Assembly (NCBI RefSeq): GCF_000372725.1
Contig: NW_005202176.1
Span: 380,188 to 444,187 of the forward strand
Direction: 5' to 3'
DNA length: 64,000 nt
Origin: Emiliania huxleyi CCMP1516
Lineage: Eukaryota
Shown here: piece by piece, positions 35,601 to 47,600 of the stretch
How the letters are laid out: each line of letters begins with the position of its first letter
Position numbering within the stretch: the first letter of the stretch is position 1
Notes under the pieces: generated by a model
The model's input: only the letters and a program-made list of their open reading frames with translations
Databases searched by the model: none
What the model was told of the DNA's origin: nothing
Made by a program: the position numbers and the translations under genes

Positions 35601-38600
35601 GCAGAAGCATCAAGCTCACGCCAGCAACAACTCCGCCAGAGCACTCGCCGAGCTGGGTAGCACGCAGTGCCGCGTGACCAGCCGCAAGCGTAGAGGAGCA
35701 GGCAGTGTCATACGACGCGCACGGACCCTGGAGGCCCAAAATGTAGGACAGCCGTCCAGATGCGATCGAGTGGCTGCTACCCGTGGCAGAGTAGACGCTG
35801 CTAGCGAGGGGCGAGTTCGTGACGAGGAATGCAAAGTCCTGCGTTCCAATACCAACGAACACGCCCATGGTTGTGCCAATTAGCGTGGTGCGCTTCAGCC
35901 CGGCACCGTGCAGCGACTCGTAGCCCCGCTCGAGCAAGATGCGCTGCTGCGGATCCATCACTGCCGTCTCGGCCGCGGAGATGCCAAAGCACGCGTTGTC
36001 GAAGCGGTCAATGCCGCGCGCAAACCCACCGTGACGTACTCGGCGAGCGATGAGCTCATCTGGGAACTGCAGCTCGTCTGGGCACCACCGGTCAGCAGGC
36101 ACCTCCGACACCACGTTGCCGCCCGTCGCGGCGACGGCTCGAGCCGCCTCGAGAGTGGTGACGCCCTCCGGAAGGGTGGCAGAGAGGCCGGCGGCGCAAA
36201 CCGCCTCGGCAGCGCGGGCGGAGGCATGCGAGGGCGTGGCGGCGGCGGCTGCCACCGGCGGCGCGCCCTTGTCGCTGAAGAAGGAAGCCAGCTGACGCGC
36301 AGTCGGGTGGTCAAACACCAGAGTGCTCGGCAGTGGCACCGCGTCGCCAGCCGCCCGCTGGAGCTGGTTGCGCAGCTCGACCGCGCCGAGCGAGTCGAGC
36401 CCCGCCTCCATGAGAGGCACGTCCGCGTCGACGCGTGCGCTCATTGTGCCCTGCAAGATCTCGAGCACCCCGTCGAGGCTCAGAAGGGCGGACGAACCCG
36501 CCGTCGCGGCCGGCTGGGTCGCGCTGGCACTCGCCGGAACGCCCGGCGCCGGCGCTGCGCGGGCGCGCTTCGGCGCCGCTCGGCCGCGCCGGTTCTTCCA
36601 CGGCAGGAGCAGGCCGGGCACGGCGCCGGCAGGTGCGCGGCCGAGCAGCAGCGGCCACTCGGCCGGCCACACCGCCACGACGCGGTCGCACCGCGCCAGC
36701 GAGGCGTGAAGGGCGTCCCACGCCATCGCACGCGTGACGGCGCCCATGCCGCTCTTCGTCGCCCGCTCGTCCGCCCCGTGGCGCGCCGCGTAGCCGATCT
36801 CGGCGACGGCGCCCCACTGCGTGCCGAGCCCGCCCAGGCCCGCGTCGCGCCGGCAGTGCACCAGCGAGTCGAGCCACGTGTTGGCCGCAGAGTGCGGCGT
36901 CGCGGCGGCGTTGCCGATGAGCCCCGCCACCGACGAGTAGGCGTGGAAGTGCTGCAGCGCGCCGGCGAGGCTGGCCGCGTGCAGCCAGCCCGCGCCGTGC
37001 ACCTTGGGCGCGAAGACCGTGGCGAAGTGGCCCATCGTCTGGTTGCGCACCGTCGCATCCGCAAGCAAGCCCGCGGCGTGGTAGACCCCGCACAGCGGCA
37101 TACAGCTCTGCTGCACGGCGCCGGCAAGCGCCCGCACAGCGGTGGCGTCAGACACGTCGCAACGGGCGGGCGACACGGCAACGCGGCTGGTGAGCCACGC
37201 CCAGTCCGCCTCGCTGCCGCTCTGCACGCGCCCGCTGCGAGACGAAAGCACCAGGTGCTTCGCGCCACGCCCGACGAGCATGCGTGCCGTCAGCAAGCCG
37301 AGCCCGCCGAGCCCACCCGAGAAGAGGTGGGTGCCGCGATCGAGCTCCGCGCGCCGTGCGCCAGGCGACCGCTCGCCCACCTGGGAGACGATGATCGCCT
37401 GCGTCTCGAGCAGCAGGCCGTCGCCGCGCATGCAGTGGGAGCTGGCAAAGCCGCTCGCCGCCAGGATCTGACGCCAGTGCTCCCACGACAGCAGCGGGCT
37501 CGGCTGGTTGGTGCGCTCCGGGTCGCTCGCAAACATCCACCACCCGTCAGTCAGGCCAAACGTGGTCTGGATAGAACTGCTCGTCCGAAGTGCCTCATTG
37601 ACAAGAAGGAAGCCCCCGTCGCAGAGCAGGCGGCGGCAGTTTCGCAGCGTGTTGCGGATGAAGGGCGTCGCGTGCAGCACGTTGGTGGCGATGGCGAGGT
37701 CGAACGATCCCGAGGCGAAGCCCTGGAGGCGCGAGTCGGCGTCGATGTTGAGCAGCTCAAAGCGCATGAAGCCGGCGTACTCGGCAAAGCGCCGCTGCGC
37801 CTGGTTGAGGAAGACCTCCGACACGTCGGTGAACATGTACTGCTCGCACACCCGACGCAGCCGCGGCAGCACGCTCGATGCCGTGCCGCCCGTGCCGGCG
37901 CCAACCTCGACGACGCTCAAGAAGCGGCCGGCTGGCAGGCTGGCAATGATGGAGTCGACCGCGGCCACCACGCACTCGTTGTAGAAGCGGGAGTGAACTG
38001 CGTCCTCGTACACGGGCAGCGTCAGCTCCATGGACCCTCCCGGGAAGAGGAGCTCCTGGTAGGCGACGGTGCCGAGGAGGGCGGCGGCGAGCTGGGAGGC
38101 ACATCGTTGAGTCAAGCCAACCTCAGGCCAGAGCCGCGGCGACACTGCGAGCACGTCTTCGTACGATGCGGGCTCTGTGGGCGGCTCGATGGCGGCGCAC
38201 CACTCATGTAGCAGCCGGTGGTGCCACTTGGGGATGGCAGAAGGGTCCAAACCGCTCAGGGCGCGGGCGATGTCGTGCCTCACAGCCCTCTCAAGCACCT
38301 CGTGGGCGTCCGTCACCTGCGGCAAGTCCTCGAGCGCGCGCACCGCGTCCGACACGTGGGCATCAAGCAGCTCGCAGAGCGGCGCAAACGCCACCGCCAA
38401 CGAGCTTGGCGCACCCAACCGGACAGGTATCGTGATCACCACCTTGCCGAGGTTTGCGCCGCCCGAGAGGAACCGGAACGCGTCTCGTGCCTCGCGCTCG
38501 ATGCCGAAGCTGCGGAGCGGGAGGCCGTGGACCACAACCGCCTCGAGCCGCCGCGCGAGGACCTGCAGCACCTCTGCAGAGTACCAGTCAGGGTCGGCGG

Positions 38601-41600
38601 GGACGTCGAGCGCCATGTCGAGGACGGAATAGGCGCTCGGCACGGCGGCGGCGGCTCGCGCAAAGCTCCACACGGAGCGCTTCCCGATCTCTTCGAACCG
38701 GCCGGCCGGCGCAAGGAGCGCGAAGGAGGTGGAGATGAAGTCCGCGGACAGGCTGTTGAGCACGCCGTCCAGGCGCCGCCCGCCAAGCTGCGATGCGAGC
38801 GAATGCCCGCACGAGGCAGCTTGGCGAGAGCTCGCAGTCGAGCGTACGCCGCAGCACCGCAGGAGGTGGTGCTTGCGCGGGGCGCCCGCGGTGCCAAAGA
38901 GCCGGAGGCGAAGCCACGCGGCGTACTCCGAAGCCGCCAGGCCAACGCCGCCGGCCGTAGCGTGCACGAGCAGCCGCCGCGAGCCGACGAGCCGGGACCG
39001 GACGAACGCCACGTGCACAGTGCACCAGGTGCTGATCAGAGTGGTCGCGGCCTCAAAGCTCACCGCGCTCGGCTTGCGCACCTGCAATCGCGCGTCGCAG
39101 CACACATGCGATGCGAGGCAAGCATTGGAGATACCGAAGCAAGCGTCGCGCTGAGCAATGTGAGCGACCTGCGAGCCCGCGTGCTCCACCATGCCAGCGC
39201 AGTCGGAACCCGGGTCGGCTCGAGGCCCCGGATACTGATCCAAAACGATCAGGACATCCCGGAAGTTGAGGCCGACCGCATGCACGGCGATGCTGACCTC
39301 GGTGGGCGCCACCTCGTTGCCATCGCGGGACGAGTGGTCGCCCCGAGGCTCGAGCTTGAGGTTCGCGAATGAGCCGCGGGGCTCGCAAGTCAGGACGATC
39401 GACTGCAACGCCGCCGGCGATCTCCGCAAGGTCAGCCGGCGAACGTGCATCGAGCCGCCGCGGAGCGCCGCCTCGTTCTCGGCGGCGGGTCCCACTCGCA
39501 GGCCGTGGACGAACCCGTCCTCGGATGCCAGCGCGCGCGAGCGCACGAGCTCGGCCGCGCCACGCAGCGACTGCGCGCACCCGAAGTCGAGGTCCAGGTT
39601 GTACAGCGGCAGCCCGGCTGCCTCTTGCAGACACGCACGCGCAAAGCCCCACAGACCGGCGTGCTCGCTCGAGCTCCGCCGCACGGAGGCGACGGGCTGG
39701 GTCAGGTGCGTGCAGACCCACACCGGCACAGCGGCGGGCAGGTCCATCTGCCACTGCACGATGGTCAGCGCCGACGCGATGCTGCCCAGCGCGGCCGCAG
39801 CCCGGGGCGGCGCGACGAGGACGACGCCATCGAGAGCGCCGGCCTCGCGCAGCTCCGAGGCGGACCCGCTCTCCGCGCGCCGAGCGATGCTCCGCCCGAG
39901 CGCCGCGGCCAGCGTGCCGCGCCGGTCGCCCACGAGCAAGACGCGGGCCTCCTGGCTCGGATCGGCCGCGGCGGAGGCCACCGGAGCCCACTCGCACGCG
40001 TAGGACCAGTCGGCGGCCGGGGCAGCCTTGCCGGCGGCCGAGGCAGCCTTGCCGGCGGCGCCCTTCTTGAGCACACGGCTCTCGAAGTGGTCGAGCCTCG
40101 TCGCCTTCCCGAGGCCAGACAGGACGACGTCAGCCGTGGAGGCGCCTCGCCGGCTCAGCATCGCGACCATGTTGCCGTGCAAGCCGCTGAGCGCCGCCTC
40201 TGCCACCGAGAAGGGGAGTCGAGTCTCGCTCGAGCGCTCGCGCTCCATCAGAATCGAGGCCTGCAGCGCGCCGTCAAGGTCCGCGGGGTGGAGGAGAGTG
40301 CCCTCGAGGCACGCCTTGCGTCGGGGGCGCAGAGACGCGATCGCCGTGCCCGAGAGAGCCGACGCCCAGCCCTGAGCGAGCGTCTGGAAGGCGCGGCCGT
40401 ACTCGAGCCCAACGGCGCGGAAGTCGCCGTAGATCCGAGCTGCATCGGCGGCGTGCGGGCAGCACGCGCGCTGCGCTGGCGCGGCGAGCGACCGCGCGCC
40501 CGCCGCGCCTCCCGCCCCGCCACCCGAGGGTGACGCCGCGCAATGCACCATCCGCTCGGCGAGGGCGGCGCCCGCGCCGCTGCGAATCTCAAGACTGTCG
40601 AGCGCACCCGACACCTCGCACTCGATGTGCTGGTCGGCAGCCGGCTCCACCACGCAGGGCTGCATGAAGAGGACGCGGCGCAGATGGCACGCACGGCTGC
40701 CCGCGTAAAGCGTGCTCGCCTGGCATGCGGCCCGCGCCAGCTCGAGATAGCCGGCCGCGGGGAAGATGACGCGGCCTTGCACGACGTGGTCGGCCATGAG
40801 GGCAACTAGCCGGCCCCGGGCCGGCGAGCGGAAGAGGTGGGCCTCGCCGGCGCGGCCCGGCTGCTGCGCCAGCGGGTGCAGCTCGTCCTGCCACGAGAAG
40901 CGCTGCCTGCGGTAGACCAAGCCCGGAGCGGACGGCGGCCGCGCCGGCTCGCCCGCGCGGGCCGAGCACGAGAGGACGGCGTGGACGATGGTGCCGCTGT
41001 AGCCAAAGGAGGAGACGCCTCCCACTGCCACCAACCCGCGCTCCCGCTGCAACCGCTGCGTAGGCAGTATGGCGCTCGGTCCTGCACCCCCACCGAGATG
41101 CTCAGAGACGAGCTCGTTCATCACCCGGAGCTGCGCGTTGCCAGCGCAGTCAGCCGACAAGACGTGAAGGGCCTTGCAGATGCCGAACAGCCCAGACATT
41201 GGCTCCGCGTGGCCGACATTTGCCTTGAGCGCCCCAACAGCGACGTGCCCCGGAGCCGCGCGGAAGAGGTGCGACAAGGCGCCGCTCTCGATCGGGTCGC
41301 CGAGCGCCGTGCCTGTGCCGTGCGCCTCAATCGATGCGACAGCAGCCGCGGTGACCGACGCGCGAGACAGGGCAGCGTTCATCAGCACCCGCTGGGCGGA
41401 GCCGTTTGGCGCAGTCAGGCTCGCGCTGCGTCCATCCTGCCGCACCGCGCTGCCAAGCAGAAGCCGGGCGGGAGCTCCCTCGCAAATAGCGTCACGTGTG
41501 AGGACGATCGCGCCGACGCCCTCCGCCCGGACAAACCCGTTGGCACTCCTGTCGTAGGTCTTGCAGCGGGCGTCGGGAGAAAGCATTCCCGCAGCGGCAA

Positions 41601-44600
41601 CTCGTAGGGTCACAAGAGGCGACAGCTTCAGCGTCACAGACGCGACCAACGCCAGCGCGCACTCGGTATTGCGCATGGCGCTGGCGGCGCTGTGCTGCGC
41701 ACTGAGTGCCGAAGAGCAAGCAGTGTCGAGGCTCATGCAGGGCCCCATCAGCCCCAAGCAGAAGGAGATGCGCCCCGCGGCAACGGAGTTGGTGTCGGCA
41801 GTCACGGCATAGACAGAGGCTGCGGCTTGTGGCGACTGCATCCGGGTCCAATCTGGCCGCTCCATCCCAACGTATACGCCGGTGTCTGTGCCGAGCAGCG
41901 AGTCGCGTCGCAAGCCGTGGCCGTGGAAGGCCTGATAGCTGAGCTCAAGGAGCAGCCGCTGCTGCGGGTCCATGGCAGCGCCCTCAGTGGGCGAGATGGC
42001 GAAGAGGGCGCTGTCGAACAGCTCAGCTTTGCACACAAACCCACCGCTGCCTGCAGCCGCCGCCTGCACGTCGCTGATTGAGCCGATGTCCACGTGCTCG
42101 CTGAGCACCCATCGCACGCGGGGCACTGCGCGGATGCCGTCCCCGCTCGCTTCGAAGCTCGCCATTGCTTCACCGATCGCCTCGGCTCCTCCTGGCCAGC
42201 GCGCGACATCCCCACCTGAGATCGAGATGGCTTTCTCCGCCGCTGCAGGCGACGCACTGGCAGTGGCAATCGGCCGGTTTGCGCCCGAGCAGCGCAGCTC
42301 TTCTAGCAGATGCGATGCGAGGGCTCGGGGAGTCGGGTGGTCGAACACCATTGTTGGCGACACCGCGACGCCCGTTAGATCGCGCAGGCGCGAGGCGAGC
42401 TCCGTTGCGGCTAGCGAGTCGATGCCAGCCTCCATCAGCGGCGTGGCGGCGCCGATGGCTTCGACGTCGCTCAGCTTGCGCACCGTCTCCAAAACGGCCT
42501 CCTCCATTCTCGTCGCTCTGACCGCTGGCGTCAACGTCGCCAGCTCCTGGCTAAAGTTGCTTCCGCACGCATTCTCAGTGCCAGAGGCTGCAGAGCTAGA
42601 CACGGCGGCGCGCAGCTCCGACAGGAGAGGAACGTCTGCGCTGGGCACGCCCTCGAGCATGCGTGCGGTGGCCGTGGGCAGTGGCAATCGCACGGCCACG
42701 GCCGCATTGCTGAGCACCGACTGGAGTACGGCCTCGTACTCGACGAGAGAGATGGCAAGCATGCCTCGGAAGGACATCTGCCCTTTGGAGAAGGCAGCGG
42801 CTCCGATTCCGACGCCCTGCACGAGCGGGAACTGCACGCTGCTGGCGACGCACCCGCGGCTGCCCAAGTGGGCGGCCAACACGTCCAAGCACGAGTTGGC
42901 CGAGGCGTAGCTCGCTTGCCCGGCGCCGCCGAGCATGGCAGCGACAGACGAGTAGAGCAAGAATCCCCGCAACGGTGCCGTCGTCGTGCAGGCGTGAAGA
43001 AGCCTTGCGCTGTCGACTTTGGCCGCAAAGACGGCGTGCACGCGCGGCGCGAGGATGTCGGCGAGCAGACCCTTGTCGGCCACGCCTGCTGCATGCAGGA
43101 CATGGGCGGTCCCACCGGCCGTGGCTCCAAGCAGCGCCTTGACATCGGCCGGCTTGCTCGCGTCGCACGCCAGGACAGCCACATGCTTCGCCGAGTCTCG
43201 CAGAGATTGCAGCATGTCGTGCAGGCCTTGGCCGTCGCGCACCACAGCGCCGCTGCGAGAGGTGAGCAGAATCGACGAGGCAGAGCGAGCAAAGAGCAGC
43301 GCCGCCTTGAGCCCGAGACCACCAAGGCCGCCAGTCACAACGACGGAACTTCTCTGCCTGGACGGACCGGCCAAAGTCGAGGTTTTCGTCACGCCGCCCC
43401 CACGGCGGAGGCGGGCCACAAACCTCGAGGCACCGACGTAGGCTGCAGCGGAGTCGTGCGCCGCCGCGGAAAGCGCAGCTGTGAAGAATGAGCGTGCTGC
43501 CTCCTCCGCGGCCGGCGTGGCGCGGGGGAGATCGACGAGTCCGAGCCGCAGCTGGGGCCGCTCGAGCTGGAGGACTCTGCCGACGCCCCACGAGCCACAC
43601 CCTCCGAGGATGGAGCCGGGCTGGACGACGCGTGGCGCGGCGACAACCTCGCCGCTGGTGCAGACGATGATCTGGGGGGGCGGCTGCAGATTGACCAGGC
43701 GCTGGAGAAGAGTGATCAGAGGGGCGGCCGTGGTGTCGCCCTCCCCGCCGGGGCAGATGACCACGGCGGCCCACTGCCCGGCTGCGCTGGCCCCCGCCTC
43801 CAAGTCAGCCTTCTCCACCTGCAGCCTAGCCTGGACAAGCGCTCTCCCGACAAGCGAAATCCCCTGGTGGGGAGCGAGCAGAAGGCAGCGGCCAGAGACG
43901 GTAGCCGCCTGAAGCGCGCTGCGGGAGCGGACCCACGCAGCTTGGTAGCTTGAAAGCGAGGCCTCGGTGCTGGTAGGCGACGAGGAGCGCCACTTGAACG
44001 ACTTGTGGCGGTAGCTGTAACGGCGTGTGAACGAGGTGGACGGGGCCACCGTCAGCGCTGATGCAGCAGCGACGACATGCACAATGGTGCCGCTGTACCC
44101 AAACGAGCTCACGCCGCCGAGCCGAGTGGCGTTGCCGCCCTCCCACGTCGTCGCGAGCTGCGTCTGGTGCAAGACGCGGACGCTCTCGATCGCGGAAGCC
44201 ACGTGCGGGTTGAGCACGCGGAGCTGTGCGTTGGGCGACGCCTGATCGGTCACCAGCTTCAGCCCGAGGCGAAGAAGCCCCGCGGCACCGGCAGCAGGCT
44301 CGGCATGGCCCGCGTTGGCCTTGATGCTGCCCACTGCCGTGATGGAACCGTGCCCTGCAAGCAAGGTCGCGGCGAGCGAGCCCACCTCGATCGGGTCGCC
44401 GAGCGACGTGCCAGTGCCGTGCGCCTCGACGCAGCTCAGATCATCGCAGGTCGATCCGGCATCGACGAGCGCTGCCTCAAGGAGCGCCTGCTGCGCCTTG
44501 CCGTTTGGCGCGGTGAGGCTCGCGCTCTTGCCGTCTGATCGCACGCAGCTACCCGCCAAGGAGAGGTGGCCCATCCCCGTGCGCAAGGTGAGGGCACAGC

Positions 44601-47600
44601 ACGCCTCAGCACGAGCATAGCCGTCAGCGCGGGCGTCAAAAGTGTGGCAGCGCCCCCGCGCCGACGTCATGCCAGCCGTCGCAAAGCTATAGCTAACTCG
44701 GGGCAAAAGAAGCAGGCTGATGCCAGCGACCAAGTTGTCGACGCTTTCGGCATGCCGTGTCGCACGCACCGCCGCATGGCATGCGGTGAGAGTAGAGGAG
44801 CAGGCAGTGTCATACGACGCGCACGGACCCTGGAGGCCCAAAATGTAGGACAGCCGTCCAGATGCGATCGAGTGGCTGCTACCCGTGGCGGAGTAGACGC
44901 TGCCCCCTGCGGGAGATTTCGAGAGAATCTCGGCGAAGTCGTTGGCGGCGATGCCAATGAAAATCCCGGTGACGCTCCCTAGCAGGCTGGACTTGGGAAG
45001 TCCAGCACCGTGTAGCGACTCGTAGCCCCGCTCGAGCAAGATGCGCTGCTGCGGATCCATCGAAGCCGCCTCCACCGCGGAGATGCCAAAGTGGCCGTTA
45101 TCGAACAGGTCGGCCGCTCGGACAAACGCTCCGTGGCAAACGCGCTGAGCAACTGCAGCGGAAACGTTGCTGGCCTCTAGCGTCCACCGGTCTGCAGGCA
45201 CCTCCGACACCACGTTGCCGCCCGTCGCGGCGACGGCTCGAGCCGCCTCGAGAGTGGTGACGCCCTCCGGAAGGGTGGCAGAGAGGCCGGCGGCGCAAAC
45301 CGCCTCGGCAGCGCGGGCGGAGGCATGCGAGGGCGTGGCGGCGGCGGCTGCCACCGGCGGCGCGCCCTTGTCGCTGAAGAAGGAAGCCAGCTGACGCGCA
45401 GTCGGGTGGTCAAACACCAGAGTGCTCGGCAGTGGCACCGCGTCGCCAGCCGCCCGCTGGAGCTGGTTGCGCAGCTCGACCGCGCCGAGCGAGTCGAGCC
45501 CCGCCTCCATGAGAGGCACGTCCGCGTCGACGCGTGCGCTCATTGTGCCCTGCAAGATCTCGAGCACCCCGTCGAGGCTCAGAAGGGCGGACGAACCCGC
45601 CGTCGCGGCCGGCTGGGTCGCGCTGGCACTCGCCGGAACGCCCGGCGCCGGCGCTGCGCGGGCGCGCTTCGGCGCCGCTCGGCCGCGCCGGTTCTTCCAC
45701 GGCAGGAGCAGGCCGGGCACGGCGCCGGCAGGTGCGCGGCCGAGCAGCAGCGGCCACTCGGCCGGCCACACCGCCACGACGCGGTCGCACCGCGCCAGCG
45801 AGGCGTGAAGGGCGTCCCACGCCATCGCACGCGTGACGGCGCCCATGCCGCTCTTCGTCGCCCGCTCGTCCGCCCCGTGGCGCGCAGCGTAGCCGATCTC
45901 GGCGACGGCGCCCCACTGCGTGCCGAGCCCGCCCAGGCCCGCGTCGCGCCGGCAGTGCACCAGCGAGTCGAGCCACGTGTTGGCCGCAGAGTGCGGCGTC
46001 GCGGCGGCGTTGCCGATGAGCCCCGCCACCGACGAGTAGGCGTGGAAGTGCTGCAGCGCGCCGGCGAGGCTGGCCGCGTGCAGCCAGCCCGCGCCGTGCA
46101 CCTTGGGCGCGAAGACCGTGGCGAAGTGGCCCATCGCCTGGTTGCGCACCGTCGCATCCGCAAGCAAGCCCGCGGCGTGGTAGACCCCGCACAGCGGCAT
46201 GCAGCTCTGCTGCACGGCGCCGGCAAGCGCCCGCACAGCGGTGGCGTCAGACACGTCGCAACGGGCGGGCGACACGGCAACGCGGCTGGTGAGCCACGCC
46301 CAGTCCGCCTCGCTGCCGCTCTGCACGCGCCCGCTGCGAGACGAAAGCACCAGGTGCTTCGCGCCACGCCCCACGAGCATGCGTGCCGTCAGCAAGCCGA
46401 GCCCGCCGAGCCCACCCGAGAAGAGGTGGGTGCCGCGATCGAGCTCCGCGCGCCGTGCGCCAGGCGACCGCTCGCCCACCTGGGAGACGATGATCGCCTG
46501 CGCCTCTAGGACGTAGCCGTCGCCGCGCATGCAGTGGGAGCTGGCAAAGCCGCTCGCCGCCAGGATCTGACGCCAGTGCTCCCACGACAGCAGCGGGCTC
46601 GGCTGGTTGGTGCGCTCCGGGTCGCTCGCAAACATCCACCACCCGTCGGTCAGGCCAAACGTGGTCTGCAAAAATCCATTCGTTCGAAGCAGCTCATTCA
46701 GAAGAAGGAAGCCCCCGTCGCAGAGCAGGCGGCGGCAGTTTCGCAGCGTGTTGCGGATGAAGGGCGTCGCGTGCAGCACGTTGGTGGCGATGGCGAGGTC
46801 GAACGATCCCGAGGCGAAGCCCTGGAGGCGCGAGTCGGCGTCGATGTTGAGCAGCTCAAAGCGCATGAAGCCGGCGTACTCGGCAAAGCGCCGCTGCGCC
46901 TGGTTGAGGAAGACCTCCGACACGTCGGTGAACATGTACTGCTCGCACACCCGACGCAGCCGCGGCAGCACGCTCGATGCCGTGCCGCCCGTGCCGGCGC
47001 CAACCTCGACGACGCTCAAGAAGCGGCCGGCTGGCAGGCTGGCAATGATGGAGTCGACCGCGGCCACCACGCACTCGTTGTAGAAGCGAGCGTTGACGGC
47101 GTCCTCGTACACGGGCAGCGTCAGCTCCATGGACCCTCCCGGGAAGAGGAGCTCCTGGTAGGCGACGGTGCCGAGGAGGGCGGCGGCGAGCTGGGAGGCA
47201 CATCGTTGAGTCACGCCAACCTCAGGCCAGAGCCGCGGCGACACTGCGAGCACGTCTTCGTACGATGCGGGCTCTGTGGGCGGCTCGATGGCGGCGCACC
47301 ACTCATATAGCAGCCGGTGGTGCCACTTGGGGATGGCAGAAGGGTCCAAACCGCTCAGGGCGCGGGCGATGTCGTGCCTCACAGCCCTCTCAAGCACCTC
47401 GTGGGCGTCCGTCACCTGCGGCAAGTCCTCGAGCGCGCGCACCGCGTCCGACACGTGGGCATCAAGCAGCTCGCAGAGCGGCGCAAACGCCACCGCCAAC
47501 GAGCTTGGCGCACCCAACCGGACAGGTATCGTGATCACCACCTTGCCGAGGTTTGCGCCGCCCGAGAGGAACCGGAACGCGTCTCGTGCCTCGCGCTCGA

